From NCBI GenBank assembly GCA_965637545.1, contig OZ281500.1:8866001-8930000 (forward strand): 64,000 nucleotides of DNA. The letters are read 5' to 3'. A model generated the notes under the pieces. That model was not told the DNA's origin and made no database searches. It saw nothing but the letters and a program-made list of their open reading frames with translations. How positions within the stretch are numbered: the first letter of the stretch is position 1; each line of letters starts with the position of its first letter. The DNA is from Phallusia mammillata. Its lineage: Eukaryota. Below, one piece after another: positions 13,054-25,496 of this stretch. The translations under genes were made by a program, and so were the position numbers.

Positions 13054-15186
13054 TGCTCCTATACAGTTTGGTGTAATAACCTAAGCTGTAAGCATTCGAA
13101 TAGGTTGACTTTGGCAATGGCTTGGCTCAAACTTCGTGCCGCCGGGAATGCTCAACTTCAGCTCAAACCACAGCCGCCCGCGGTGTTTTCCGGATGTATA
13201 TAAATATATGTATGTATGTACGGTGTTTAGCGACGAGGAGTCAGAACGACATTCGCATACATTCACGACTTATTTTTAGCCCCCGCGTACACAAACACCT
13301 TGTTGGAGAAATCTGTACGTGGACATGGCGGTCTACACAGTAATGTCTCATATCGTGACCAATCTTTCGACATGAATCATAGACAACAGAAGGACTTAGT
13401 GGTCACACAATAGGCCACGTACAGATAGGAGAGCCATGCTAACAGGTTTGGGCAACATCAAGGCGTAATTAAGCGGTAATTTGCATTTAAACAACAATAA
13501 AGTGCTTAAGGCATCTGTGATTCGGTGGCACGTTTGTATTGTTTGGTCACATCAATTTACACCATAACATCGTAATTTAATGCTGTCACGACATAAAAAA
13601 GTTTGAGAAACCAAATTTAGGTTGTAGGACAAAGGAGTTTCAAGTGGCCAGTACAATTACGGGTATTTTAAACAAAATGTGAAGCACTGCCACACCTCCA
13701 ACGTTTTTTGCAAGAATGCGCGAAAAGACAATGGGCGACTGCAAGTACCGGACCGGTAGCGTACAAAAACATTTTCAGAGACAAAAGTAAAAATGGCAGA
13801 AGCTGAGCAAGAAGTATCAATTCGGGATCATCCAATTGAAAAAACGGTATTTACCACGTAAAAAAGTTAAATTGAGCGACTTTGTCGAGCTAAACGACTT
13901 GACAAATCATGAAGTGGGTGCACAATTTGAGGGAAACTACCCTGAACTATTAACAGCGGAAATGGACAGTTGATTGACATCACACATGGTGTAGAATCAA
14001 CTCACGTCCCCAAAGTGATGACACCCACGTCATGAATCATTTTGTTAGTTTGTTGCGAATATGACTCAGTTTCCCAAGAAATGTTGCGCTTCGTATAACG
14101 CCATTGGCGGAAAAAGAGCATTCCAAATATGGCTATAAACAGTGACGCAGCAAGGAAACCCAAACGCTATAAAGAGTGCATTTTGAGCAGTTTTTATTGG
14201 GCCTAAATTTGCGCAGAAGTAGGCTGTGGCAATTCTGGGCCATCACTATAGTTTGAAGTGCAGCTTAAACTGTAGCATATATGGAATAAATTCAGCTTTT
14301 AAGGAGCCTCCATCAGTGTGGTCAAGGGTATATTAGGGCGTATTTGTTGTGGCAAAACTTACTTAAATATGTGAACTGATCAAAACATAGTTAGGCTTGA
14401 GCGACTACCTTACTGCCTCAGGCAAAATGCTAAATTTGTGACGTGGCTTCAAAAATGGCTGCGTGCGAATCAATACGCTTTTTTATAGGTCTCACACTTA
14501 GCTTAACATTCAACTAGACCTAGCAATTTTTAACACTTTTCTGTACGTAAACAACTGACATAACAAAAAATCAATCTTTAGCCAAGTCTTGCATGCCTAT
14601 ATGCAACAGGACAATCTAAAGTATATAACTCCGGCAGCTAGCGCAGTTGTTTTCGACTGATGCCGTAGTTTGACGATTATGGTCGCTACCGCAGCGTGCG
14701 TCCGACGACAGGTTTTTCTGCGAACCCGAAGAGTAAAATCATCGGTGATGCCTTATAACATTAGGTTATTAATGTCAAAATTCACGTTGCAATGCATACA
14801 TAGTTGGAATACATAGTCCAGTTTTGTTGTGTCAAAAATAGTTTTGCATACACCTTGTACGATGTAATCTTTAATAAGGCGAACGAATGAAGTTGTCCAC
14901 ACCATGTGTGTTCGTTCGACAATTCGCGAAACTGGCTGGCTAATTGTGTAAATGATCTGAGTACAACTAACTATGCGAGTATACAACGAGATACAAGCAA
15001 TTACTGATGAATCCTTCCAGCTACATCCTGCATTTTAACAACACAAATCGCAACGAACTGATCAATTATACACGTACGATCAGAGCCTTATAAACGACCC
15101 TCTAGTATTCGTACTGTTATTTCTGGATTGATTCAGACGATCTGAGCAATTCATTGACCTCTGGGCAGTTTTTGTTTTCAGCAACG

Positions 15187-18100
15187 ATGTTGAAAGTTTT
15201 CGCACTGACTGTGTCATGTGTGGTGATAATATTTCTTGGGTTTGTACGAAGCTTACCGTGTGACGATGCAAGACAAAATCTCGCAGTTAACGGGACTTAC
15301 AACTCAGGTGGGAACGACTTGATTAAACGACCTTTGTATGTAGAAAACAATGACTAACGAGTAAAATTGTTCACCAGCTAATTCGGGCCTTCATTGTATT
15401 GACCCCTGCGACGAATCTGGTCAAATAATTTCAACACAAATTGACTGTCAAAACCAGACGTTTTGCCACTGGAACGGAAGCTTCTGCTCATTGAAAACAG
15501 GTATTTAAAAGTTTTGACGTTTGTATTGACCAAATTAGTTTTGGTGATTTAAATGTTGTTGTTTTTGACAAAATAGTTACGACGGTGGTGCTCGACAAGA
15601 ACAGCAACCTCAGTCGGGGCTTGGCAGAAAAGCTCAAAGAAGACGATGGCGGCAGATTTGGGCCTGGTAAGTTACAGACCCCGTTACAGACTTGTAAGTT
15701 GGACCAGGTTCGTGCTTGATTCGGGCCAGACTTTATCTCGGCATCATTTTTTCCACATTTTTACCGATTGTTGGGTCGGATTGTTGTTTTTTGAAAGGGT
15801 TTATGACAGGTTTCGGGCTTGTAGGCTATTCTCGGTTTCGGGCGCCAACTTCACGCCCACTTAACTCCATTATTACTTAACTCCAGGTCCATTATTATTT
15901 GAGTTGAATTAATTAGTGTTTTACCATTATTCTGTTCGCAGGATTTAACCCACTGACTCCACCATGGTGCCTGAAATTTCCTGCTTCGTGCCAAATAGAA
16001 CCATTCGATCCCAACAATTTGCATTTGCTCGATCCCCCAGTTGATATTCCGTATTGCCAGAGGTAGGAATCTTCAATGGCACAATTATCTTCAACATCAA
16101 CAGCGCAACAACTGTTGTGTTTTTGCACAGAATACCGTGCCGTAACACCGATCCTAGTCTTGAGTTTGACGGGATTGCTTGCCACTCAGTGCCCGGGTGT
16201 TACTTCGATGTGGAGCTCTACAATCTGAGGCACTACTTCGGTCACTCAATCTTGTCAGGGGTGCCAGTTTGTCAAATGGCAATCCGGAACAGGAAGTTCC
16301 ACGAGCTGGTTAACGAGTACACAGAAAACGTGAGCATTTGTGACCAGTCCTGATGCGTTATTTGGAATTTCCTTAAAAAGACCCGTTTGTTCTTAACCGT
16401 TGTGTAGTATAAAATCATGAGAAATCACGATTGGCATTACACAAATTTAGTCGATGTTTCAAATACCATTTGTGGAAAGACAAATGCCTCTTAAAAAATC
16501 TTGGCTGAGTTTAAACCCTTTATTTTATCCTAATCGTGATTGCATGTTCATTTGTAGAAGTTGTATTTTTTGTTAAGTAACAAACACAATGTTTTTAATG
16601 ACTTCAAAATTTATGCAAAACAGGGTGCAAAACCGTGGAATGGTCTCTTTACAAATTGCTTTCTTGAAGAAAACAGAAAAAGCATTTACTCCCCTGATCC
16701 GGGTTGTTTCATGATCGATGTGCTGGAATACATGGGAGGTCAACCGAAACTGGCTGGTTGGGAAAGTAAGTCAGCCATACCAATAAAAGTGAGCCAAAAC
16801 GGTTTATGCAGCTTACTTACAAGTCTATCATTTTTTCAGATATCACTAAAACGGACTGCGACTTGATTGGAGGATGCATGAGACAAGACTGTTACGCGCC
16901 AATGAAAACTTATGCAGTAAATTTGCGTGCCGAACCGGAAGAACCGACCTATCAAGTACTTGAAAGCATTGGGGCACAGAGATGTCAAGCTCTTGACCGA
17001 TCGTCGACTCCGGAGCATTTTCTTAGCGCTTACCACCAATGCAAGCAATCAGGCTGTGTTGTGGACAGAGGCGTTGATATCGAAGTCAAACAGCATCTAT
17101 TGAATGTTACTTTGACCTACTTGCCGCCAGACCTACGCCTGTTATTTTGGTATCTTGTGCAGTCGAAAATCATCGGACCCGACAATTGGCAAAGCAAAGC
17201 TGATGAGATTATGAGAAATCCGTATGATTTCGTTGAGGTGTTCCGAAGTGTTGATTGGATGCATTTCAAAAATCGCCTTGGTCAAATCATGAATGAACGG
17301 CCTTTTGTGGACGACTCAAGAGGAGATAACACAAAACCTGAACTAACCGCTAGTGACCGATTTTTGTTGCTTCATCCCGAATTTGCTTCTGCAGAACCAT
17401 CAGACGTACCTAAACCTCCAGTGCCTATTTCTTTACTTAACTTTCCTACAGGCCCAGTGCAACCTTTCTGCCCCTTTCAGATTTTCAGCTTTCACGGTCT
17501 TTTTCCGCTTAAAGGTACCTTCGCAGGGTGTTGCAAACAGCACCTTTGCTATACGCCACGTCACCGCATATCGGGTCGAACATCAGGTGTAGCTTCATAC
17601 TGGGCCGAGTGGGGAGCCTGGGGTAAGTGTTCAGAAAAGTGTGGACCTGGAATCAGACCATCTACAAGACGTTGTGTGCGCTTCAGGGAAAGCGACACCT
17701 GCGAAGGCTTGGAGGAACGGCAGCAGGCTTGCTTTATCGAAAAATGTCCAGAATGGGCCGCATGGGGCAGCTGGGGCTCGTGCAGTAAAACATGCGGCGG
17801 TGGAATGTCGATAAGAAACCGAGAATGCGAAGAAGACGGCTGCAGAGGAGAATCGGAGGAAAGCAAAATCTGTATGACGGAAGACTGTCCGGTGTTAGGC
17901 AACTGGACGGAGTGGAGTCAATGCAATGCATCGTGCTCTTCAGGACTTCAACATCGCAGCCGTACCTGTGATGACAGCCAGACGACTCTCTCCTGCCCCC
18001 TGCCGGAAGCTCTTGCAGAGGTTCGAGTTTGTGACGACTTTTGCGGCAGTATTGTGGAAAAGAGCAAGTCAAAGTGCCAGGGTTTTCCCACCTGTGCGAT

Positions 18101-18254
18101 CGTTCGTAAATATGAGTGCAAGATGAAAACCTCACGTGGTTACGTCGACGGTCACTGTGAAAACTTTAAAGCCGAGAGAAAACAACGATGCTTTGGAAGT
18201 TTCCGATGCCGACTTTGTCGTTGGTGGAACGATTGCGATGAAGTCGATATGTAA
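15187..18254 (+). CDS. Secreted Cys-rich trefoil-like/3xTSP1 protein (paralog B)
   Basis: Signal peptide MLKVFALTVSCVVIIFLGFVRS; same exon series as A (PVDIPYCQR, PGCYFD..GVPVC, PGCFMI..PKLAGW); last exon with three TSRs; TATAAA about 100 nt upstream of the ATG. Confidence 0.9.
15675..15870. repeat. Degenerate dispersed repeat (copy 1 of 3)
   Basis: GCTTGATTCGGGCC core and TCGGG-rich motifs shared with ~45540-45745 and ~47985-48200. Confidence 0.5.
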
Positions 18255-18654
18255 TTAATGTATACAGTAAAAAAATATGTTATGTTTGCTTTCAAAATAA
18301 ATCACGTTATTACCGTATTTGATTCTGCGTGCAATTGAAGTTATAGATGAAAAAAAAATATAGGCTATAATCAGGCAAGCTCCAGCAGGCTAAAACACTT
18401 TCAATACCCCGCTTGTAGGCTATTTACCTTTTAGAACACATTTAAATACAAAACACATTGTTTATAATCTAAACACATTACATGAGGACACCAGCCCTAT
18501 TAAAGGCGTGATACCGAATCAAGCCCGTCTCCCAAGCAATTCACGAATGTATTCACCTTAGCACATTACATAAGGAGTTTAACCTAAAACAACGCTATGG
18601 CAAAACACGAGTCATATGCTCTAGTAGCAAAAGACACTACTTCAGCCAACATCC

Positions 18655-18875
18655 GACGTCACACCGTTTTCAAACACAGGTAAATCGCAAACAGATTTTT
18701 ATTGAACCCACGTGACATCGGACAAGTGACGCAATTAAAGTGGCAAGGCAGGGCAGTTTAGCGCTATAAATAGTGGCGAATGCAAAAGGGTGGTGTCGTT
18801 GACGCGACAATTAGTGCTTGTTTCGCTTTCTAAAACAAATGCATGCAGGGCCTGTGACGTAAGTTGTTGTGACGC
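18655..18875 (+). promoter_or_regulatory. Putative promoter of paralog C: TATA box plus clustered TGACG (CRE/ATF-type) half-sites
   Basis: TATAAA at 18765-18770; TGACG or its complement at 18657, 18727, 18800, 18855 and 18870. Confidence 0.45.
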
Positions 18876-19157
18876 AGTTGCCATAGGTGGCGTCTGCCCT
18901 CAGGGATGGGTGTCGAAGTAAATGTTTTTGACCCGAATACAATATATACGGGTGTCGGCCGTCAACGGTCATCATATTCGCTTGTTATTGCGAAGGATAA
19001 CTACAAGCAAACAGGTAAATGTATTTATGTGTGGTGACATGTAAATAAGTTACATGTTAATGCAAAACGTGTGATATTTGACTAGGTTTAGTGTGGCAAA
19101 ATTTATTTAGTGATCTCGCATTGGACAAATCTAATTTATTTATTTTTTAGATTCAAA

Positions 19158-22100
19158 ATGAAATTTCTTGTTTGTGCACTGACCATATTATTGCTGAAAA
19201 CTGCAGTGAAGGGCGATGGAGGTAAGAAACCAGACAATTTAGTAGCATGTTTGCGCTGACATATAAAGCCATGAAAAAAAAGATAATAGACACTATTGCA
19301 CTAAAGTAACTTGAATCGCTTATCTCGAAAAAGCTACATAAAAAAACATTTTTGCAGACTGCCGGGCGAACGCGAAGAGCCTCGCAGCTTCAGGCGAAAA
19401 GCATGACAGTAAGCATAAAGTTTTACAATAGCTGGTTTTTTATTACATTTATCAACAACATGTTTTTTAGATATAGTTGAGTGCATGGACGACCCTTGTA
19501 ACGCGAGCTCCGCGGTGATCAGGGACCTCGCGTCCTGCCCTAACCACTGCTTTATCCACAAAGGAAACTGCAACCTGAAAATGCGTAAGTGCACATTCCT
19601 TTTCGCACACTATAGGTGCAATTAAAACGACTGTTGCTAATATACAGAACTTTCAATTTCAATTTAGGTGTTAACTAATGCGGCACTTTGTTTTCAGTGC
19701 CACTACCTAGTGAGGAGGGCCCAGGTGTGGATGCAAGACTATTTGGTAAGCTTAAAATGCTTGCGCAAAAGTTGTATGATAAGTTTAGGAAACTCTAACA
19801 AATATTTTAAAGGTACTGGAAACCCGTTTCCAAACAACGGCTTGTTGCCACCAGGCTTGCTACCACCGTTTGGCCCCAACACACAGTGCCCGACTTTTCC
19901 CAACAACTGTGGTCTCAGCCCATTCAGCTTGGATTGGAACAGCTTGACAATTCCGCCCGTAAATATTCCCTACTGCCAAAGGTAATTTTATTCTGACGAT
20001 TCCACAAATACATCTCAAAAGCAGTTTATTTTGAATCGCTTTGTCTACTCTACAATTAAGTGTATAATCCCGTACTGCAGGCAGCAGGTACCATGCGCAT
20101 TTATTGGTAATTTACTGGTCAAGTTTGGTGACATATAAACAGATAGTTACGCGTCCTTAAATTTTATTTTTTGCTTTTGAAGAATACACTGTTCGATGTC
20201 CGACCAATCATTAGAAAGTAACCCGAATGCTTGCCACGCCACACCGGGTTGTTACTTCGACCAAGAGTTGCACGCCTATCGCCTTTCGTTCGGATACGCT
20301 ACACTGCCGGGTGTTCCTGTTTGCCACAAAGTTGTACGCAATGCCAGATTTCACACCCTTGTCAACAAATATCTACAAACGGTAATTTTTGCCCCCTTTG
20401 GTAGGCTATTGGATTTTTTTGCCCCAGATGTTAAGTGTTTATTGGCTTGCAGAGCAATCAACAGTGGAATATCGCCTTTACAAACTGCATGATTCAGCAA
20501 AATCTGGAAGAGATTCATGAGCAACCAGCTGGTTGTTACATGGTTTCAGCCTTTCTTTACATGGGGATTCGACCAAAAGTTGCTGGATGGCGGGGTAAGA
20601 CAACTGATATTTATTAGCTTTGGGAGATATTATCTGACCCTCAATATGGTTGCATATAAAATTGGAATTTAGAAAAACAATATAATACCATTCCGTAACA
20701 CTAATCAAGTTTTAGCACCACGATATGCGTAAATCTTTTTTTAACTAAAAACAAAAACCTATGTGACCAAGCTATAATGTGTTGAAGCAAGCCACAGTAC
20801 TGACACTAGTGCCAGGCGAATAACAACGAATGAGAAGTCAATCTACTTTTACAGGTATCAGTAAAACCGAATGTTCGTTGATCGGCGCCTGCTTTGACCA
20901 AACCCTGGGTTGCTTTTACCCATCAGAAGTGAACCAAGTTACTGTGCGTTCTGGAGATGATCCCGAAAGAAGAATGATTCCGTCAAATGGCAACACCTTT
21001 GGTCAACCACTATGCCAACCATTAGACATCAACTGGCCGGCCGCGAAATTTCTCGACGCTTACCACAGCTGTCGTCAATCGGGCTGTGTTGTCGATCCCA
21101 TTATCAATGAAGGCGTGATTAAAGAGAACCTGTACAATATTACAATGACAATGGTTCCTCAGCACCTCCGCTACAGATTTTGGACGAAAGTGCAGCAAAA
21201 TCAGATCTCGGCCGACAACTGGCGTTACGAGTTGAACAAAATGAAACGCCAGTACCCAAATGCGAGCCCTCTGTCCCAGTTAACCTCCAATCCGATGAAC
21301 TTACTAGCCTTTACGCTTGCATTGCAAAACAACCAGAATTCTAATACAGCGGGAAGATCATTTACGCCCGATCAAGGTTCAAATGCAAATAGCGGGGAAC
21401 AGTCAAGACTCGGCTTGAGATTTCCGGGCAATCCAAACCCCTTTTCACCAAACTTCGGTGGTTTTCCTAATCCTCCAAGCTATCCTAACATGGGCACCGG
21501 GTTTCCGATGCGACCATATACAAACCCATTTTCGCCGTTTCAGCCATTTCCCGGTACTGGCTTCCAACCTCAATGTCCATTTTACAATCTCGGCTACAGC
21601 GGTTTTCCCCAACTAACAGGAAGTTTCGAAGGTTGCTGTGAAAGAAACCTGTGTTACATCCCGCGTAATCAAATTGTCTTGCAACGCTCTGGCGTATCTC
21701 CTTACCTGTCCGTTTGGGAAACTTGGAGCAAGTGCTCAAAGTCTTGCGGGGGCGGAGTTCGTACCAGAACCAGACGATGTGTCGCATACAAACGGACCGA
21801 CAACTGTCCTGACGAAAATCAAGAGGAAACGGAGTCTTGTGGTAACGAACCTTGCCCTTTTTTCACACCCTGGGGTCTGTGGGCAAGCTGTAGTGAATCG
21901 TGCGGAAACAATGGTGTCGAAATTCGCGAGCGCGTGTGTCAACCCAATGGTCAGGGATGCGCCGGAAAACAGAGAGAAGACAGACCTTGCAAACGAGGTG
22001 CCTGTCCTACCTTAACCCAATGGTCCGGATTTAGCCGCTGTGACGTGAAATGCGGTGTAGGGTCAAAGCAACGTATGCGAGAGTGCATATCCAGCAACGC

Positions 22101-22308
22101 GTTTTCGTGTGAAGGCGTCAGCGAACCGCTGGTGGAATCGAAACAGTGTGAAGTGTTCTGTGGCAAGCCGGTGCGAATCTCCAGTAGTCCTTGCGACATG
22201 TACACCTGCACTAGCACCGAGACCTGGGTTTGCGAGTATAACGGAGGCACTCCGCATTGTGCAGATTTTAGTCCGACTAGAGTGGTAAATTGCTGCTTTG
22301 GAAAATAA
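19158..22308 (+). CDS. Secreted Cys-rich trefoil-like/3xTSP1 protein (paralog C)
   Basis: Signal peptide MKFLVCALTILLLKTAVKG; same exon series (PVNIPYCQR, PGCYFD..GVPVC, AGCYMV..PKVAGW); P/G/F/N-rich linker; three TSRs; AATAAA at 22389. Confidence 0.9.
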
Positions 22309-22744
22309 GTAAAAAGAGCAAAATAACTTTTATTGCTGTATAGTACTAAGCGCCTTTTTGTCCTTGGTGAAGACTCTACCAGTTTTGCAATAAATTACAC
22401 TTGTGTAATAAAGCGTGTTTTTGGTTACAATGAGTCAGTGACAACCACAATTGCTGTACACAACAGGCTGAGCAGAAACTCAATAGTGCGAACAATTGAA
22501 AAGCTAGTCAAATATGCCTTTTCCCAGCAAAGCCTAGCCAAAATCAAATTTATTTACATGTGCTGTAAAATGCTACAAAAAACCTTTTATTGAACTTTTT
22601 CTGCAAACTGCCTTAGACTACCACACTTGGCTAAATTAATTCGCAGCTTACATTATACCTTCAAACTGTACCATCTGTTTTGCTAACAAAAACATTCACC
22701 CGCCTTTATTGTTTTCTTTGAATGTATTAGAACAGTTTAGTGCC

Positions 22745-25402
22745 TTAACTTCCCTCTTCCTCCTCAACTATGGTCTTTTGTGACACATAGATACCATCCA
22801 AAAACTTGCGGATGTCCTTGTTCTTTACGGTTGTGGACTGCTGGATGAGCGCAGCTAAAATACACATTAGGAAATTTAAGAAATATTTATAATTTTTTTA
22901 TACATTTCCCCACAAAACCAAAAATGCAGGTTTAAGGGTATTCATGAAATGAAATATACAGTTTAGGTGAGTTTGTTGAAAATGTTTTTCAAAACATGTG
23001 CAATAAATTTATTTCCAAAATATGTTTTCAATCGAAAGGTTATGTATGTCGATTTAGTCAAGAAGTGCAAGTTGCATTGTGTGACCTCAGACTGACGTAC
23101 AAATGCTCATCATTTGATCAGAGTGAGCTGAGTTAATCATCATGGATCACACATATAGTTTTGATTTGGAAAAAAATGATGTACACTATTGTGTGGGGGA
23201 AAAATTGATTTGTAAGACCTTGTCTTAAATTCACAACAACATAGTTCAATATTTTGCAATTAAATAATAACCACAAACCTGAGAGGGAAACTTGTTCAAT
23301 GTCATTTCCTTGCAAAATGAGCTCATCCTTTTGTTTTGGGGAGGCAGACACGACCACACCTTCCTTCATGTTCACTCGCCTGACAAACTTCTCACCGAGG
23401 AAATTCCTAATCTCAATTTTAGTTCCTTCATCAGTGATGTTACAGTTGATGGGAAAATGAGCATAAACTGATCTCATTTTGTATTTGTATCCCTAAAAAT
23501 GGAGAAAAGTCAATTTAATTTGAAAAGAACAAAAAAGGTCAACAAAATTGTTTTATGTAGAAGTTTGTTACTTAAGCCTTAAAAAAGACAAAACACTAAC
23601 TAGAAGGGTGGCTCAGCACATATTGCCATTGCACATACACTACATACACTTTATTTAATAGGTCCCATATCAGCCACTGTCTTTTATAGCCTTAGTTGTT
23701 TCTGCAAGCAGAAACTCATGGGTCCCCCACACATGCAAAGTTGTAAATAATGCATTTTGCAAAAAAAAAACTATGATAAATTTTGGTGCTATCTGTTTAA
23801 ACAGGGCGATAAAAAAGTCTGCAGACACAATCATGCTATATGAGGTACAAACTATTCAAGTCACATTCAATTCGGCAATTGTTTGCAAAATTTAACCATT
23901 GCAGGGGTTAATGGGGTAAATGGTGGGACTGCAGAGCAAAACTCAACAATCAACACCTCAAAATAGAATATTATAAAAAATTTCTAAATTTCATGACATT
24001 GTTTAAAAAGTTAACCCTTTTCAAGGGGCTAGTGGGGTACTGATCGGACTACAGGGTAAAACGTCAAATTCGACACCTAAAAATGCCATATTGCACAAAC
24101 TGTCAAAATTTCATGCAAGTTGGCCAATGTTTAGAAATTACACCCATTTAGGGGTTACTGGGGTGAAGGTGGGGCTCACAGGGTAAAAGAGATCAATGGA
24201 TGATGTATTTTATAAACTGTCAAAATTTCATCCAATTCAGACATTGTTTAAGAAATTCACTCATTTTAGGGGGCCAGTGGCATTAATCTTGGGGATGCAG
24301 TGTGAAAAACTACAATTAACACCTAATTATGGCAAAATGAACAAACTGTCAAAATTTCATCCCATTCAGGCATTGTTTAAAAATCACCCTTTTTGGGAGG
24401 CTGGTGGGGTAAATATTGGGGCTGCAGGGTGAAACACAATAATCAACACCTAATTATGACACAAAGAACAAACTGTCAAAATTTCATCCAATTCGGACAT
24501 TGTTTAAAATTTTACACATTTTAGGGGGCTGGTGGGGTAAATATTGGGGCTACAGGGTGAAACACAACAATCGAGGCCTTAAAATGGCAAAATGAACAAA
24601 CTGACCAAATTTCATCCAATTCGGACATTGTTTAAAATTTTACCCATTTTAGGGGGCTAACGGGGTAAATATTGGGGCTATCGAGTCAAACAAACCAAAA
24701 GGCACATCTACATAACCATATCTTCCATCTGTGAAAGTTTCATCCAAATCCAACAAAGATTTGTTGCCAAAAGTGCATGGACAAACTTCACGACGGAAAA
24801 AAGAAAAGAAAAAAACATAGTGAAATCAAGATGCATCCCCTTCAGGGAAGGGGACCCATAATTACTCAAAATGACCGATAGATGAAAAACAGGAAAGTGG
24901 TGTACAAGACAAATGACATTGTTGGATCACAAATTTGTTCATATGAATGACAACCAACACAACATACTCAAAATCTCAAAATTGCTGCAAAGGCTGGTTG
25001 AGCAGAAACTCCATGTTGTAAATACTTTTCTTTACATCATTTTTCTTAGCGCTCAATTACTATAAAACACTAGTACAGACAGTATCATACCTTTGTGACA
25101 CCAGTAGCCATGTTTTTAATATGACTGCAAATTGTACGCACACATGACAGGTCCTTGCGTGTTCCAAACCATTTGTCCACCCTGACACTGTTCTTGCCGA
25201 CCTTTGTCAGCTCGACCTAAAACAGAATTATACGGTAAATAAACTATGTTAGCTAATCTGATATAAAGCAACTTACTTTGAGATGGCCAAAGTTTTTTAC
25301 AAGACGACCCCTTGGTCCTCTGACGGTGACAATGCGCCCTTTTACCCAGACACTCACGTTATCTGGAAGCGTAACAACTTCATTCGAGTGAATGTTCTTC
25401 AT
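22745..25402 (-). CDS. RPL9: 60S ribosomal protein L9 (uL6); coding exons 25277-25402, 25091-25216, 23281-23493, 22745-22854
   Basis: [87 protein letters not shown]; all junctions GT-AG and in frame. Confidence 0.98.
23081..23150 (-). ncRNA. Box C/D snoRNA, SNORD29/snR71-like (copy 1, last RPL9 intron)
   Basis: Box C ATGATGA, D' CTGA, C' ATGATGA, D CTGA, terminal stem GTGATC/GGTCAC. D' guide AACTCAGCTCAC is complementary to conserved LSU rRNA GUGAGCUGGGUU. Confidence 0.88.
23599..24862 (+). mobile_element. Helentron-associated/DINE-1-like non-autonomous element with an internal ~120-bp tandem array, in RPL9 intron
   Basis: Starts ACTAGAAGGGTGGCTCAGCACATATTG and ends with the hairpin TCCCCTTC-AGG-GAAGGGGA (24836-24854) then CCCATAATT. 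About 6 units of 116-129 bp (AAACTGTCAAAATTTCAT). A second copy lies at 43549-44796. Confidence 0.7.
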
Positions 25403-25496
25403 GGTGGCGCTCACCTACAAAAAATCCATTGCTGTCTTTAATTGTTGTACATTTACAATGAAGAATGTGGTTTTGACTTGCAACACAACGGCTGAT

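Noticed and set aside
13790-13975. Short frameshifted ORF-like segment (MAEAEQEVS.../PRKKVKLSDFVEL...) between paralogs A and B
   Set aside because: About 60 codons, needs a frameshift, no recognisable family; possibly a transposon relic but unsupported.
9485-22257. Numerous antisense or alternative-frame ORFs over the TSP1 genes
   Set aside because: Overlap well-supported coding exons of higher GC content; no independent features.
23960-24760. ~120-bp periodic repeats as a CRISPR or coding repeat
   Set aside because: Whole units are homologous, with no spacers; they lie inside a Helentron-like element.
24880-25060. Possible H/ACA snoRNA in the large RPL9 intron
   Set aside because: Only one plausible hairpin; no convincing ANANNA H box or first hairpin.
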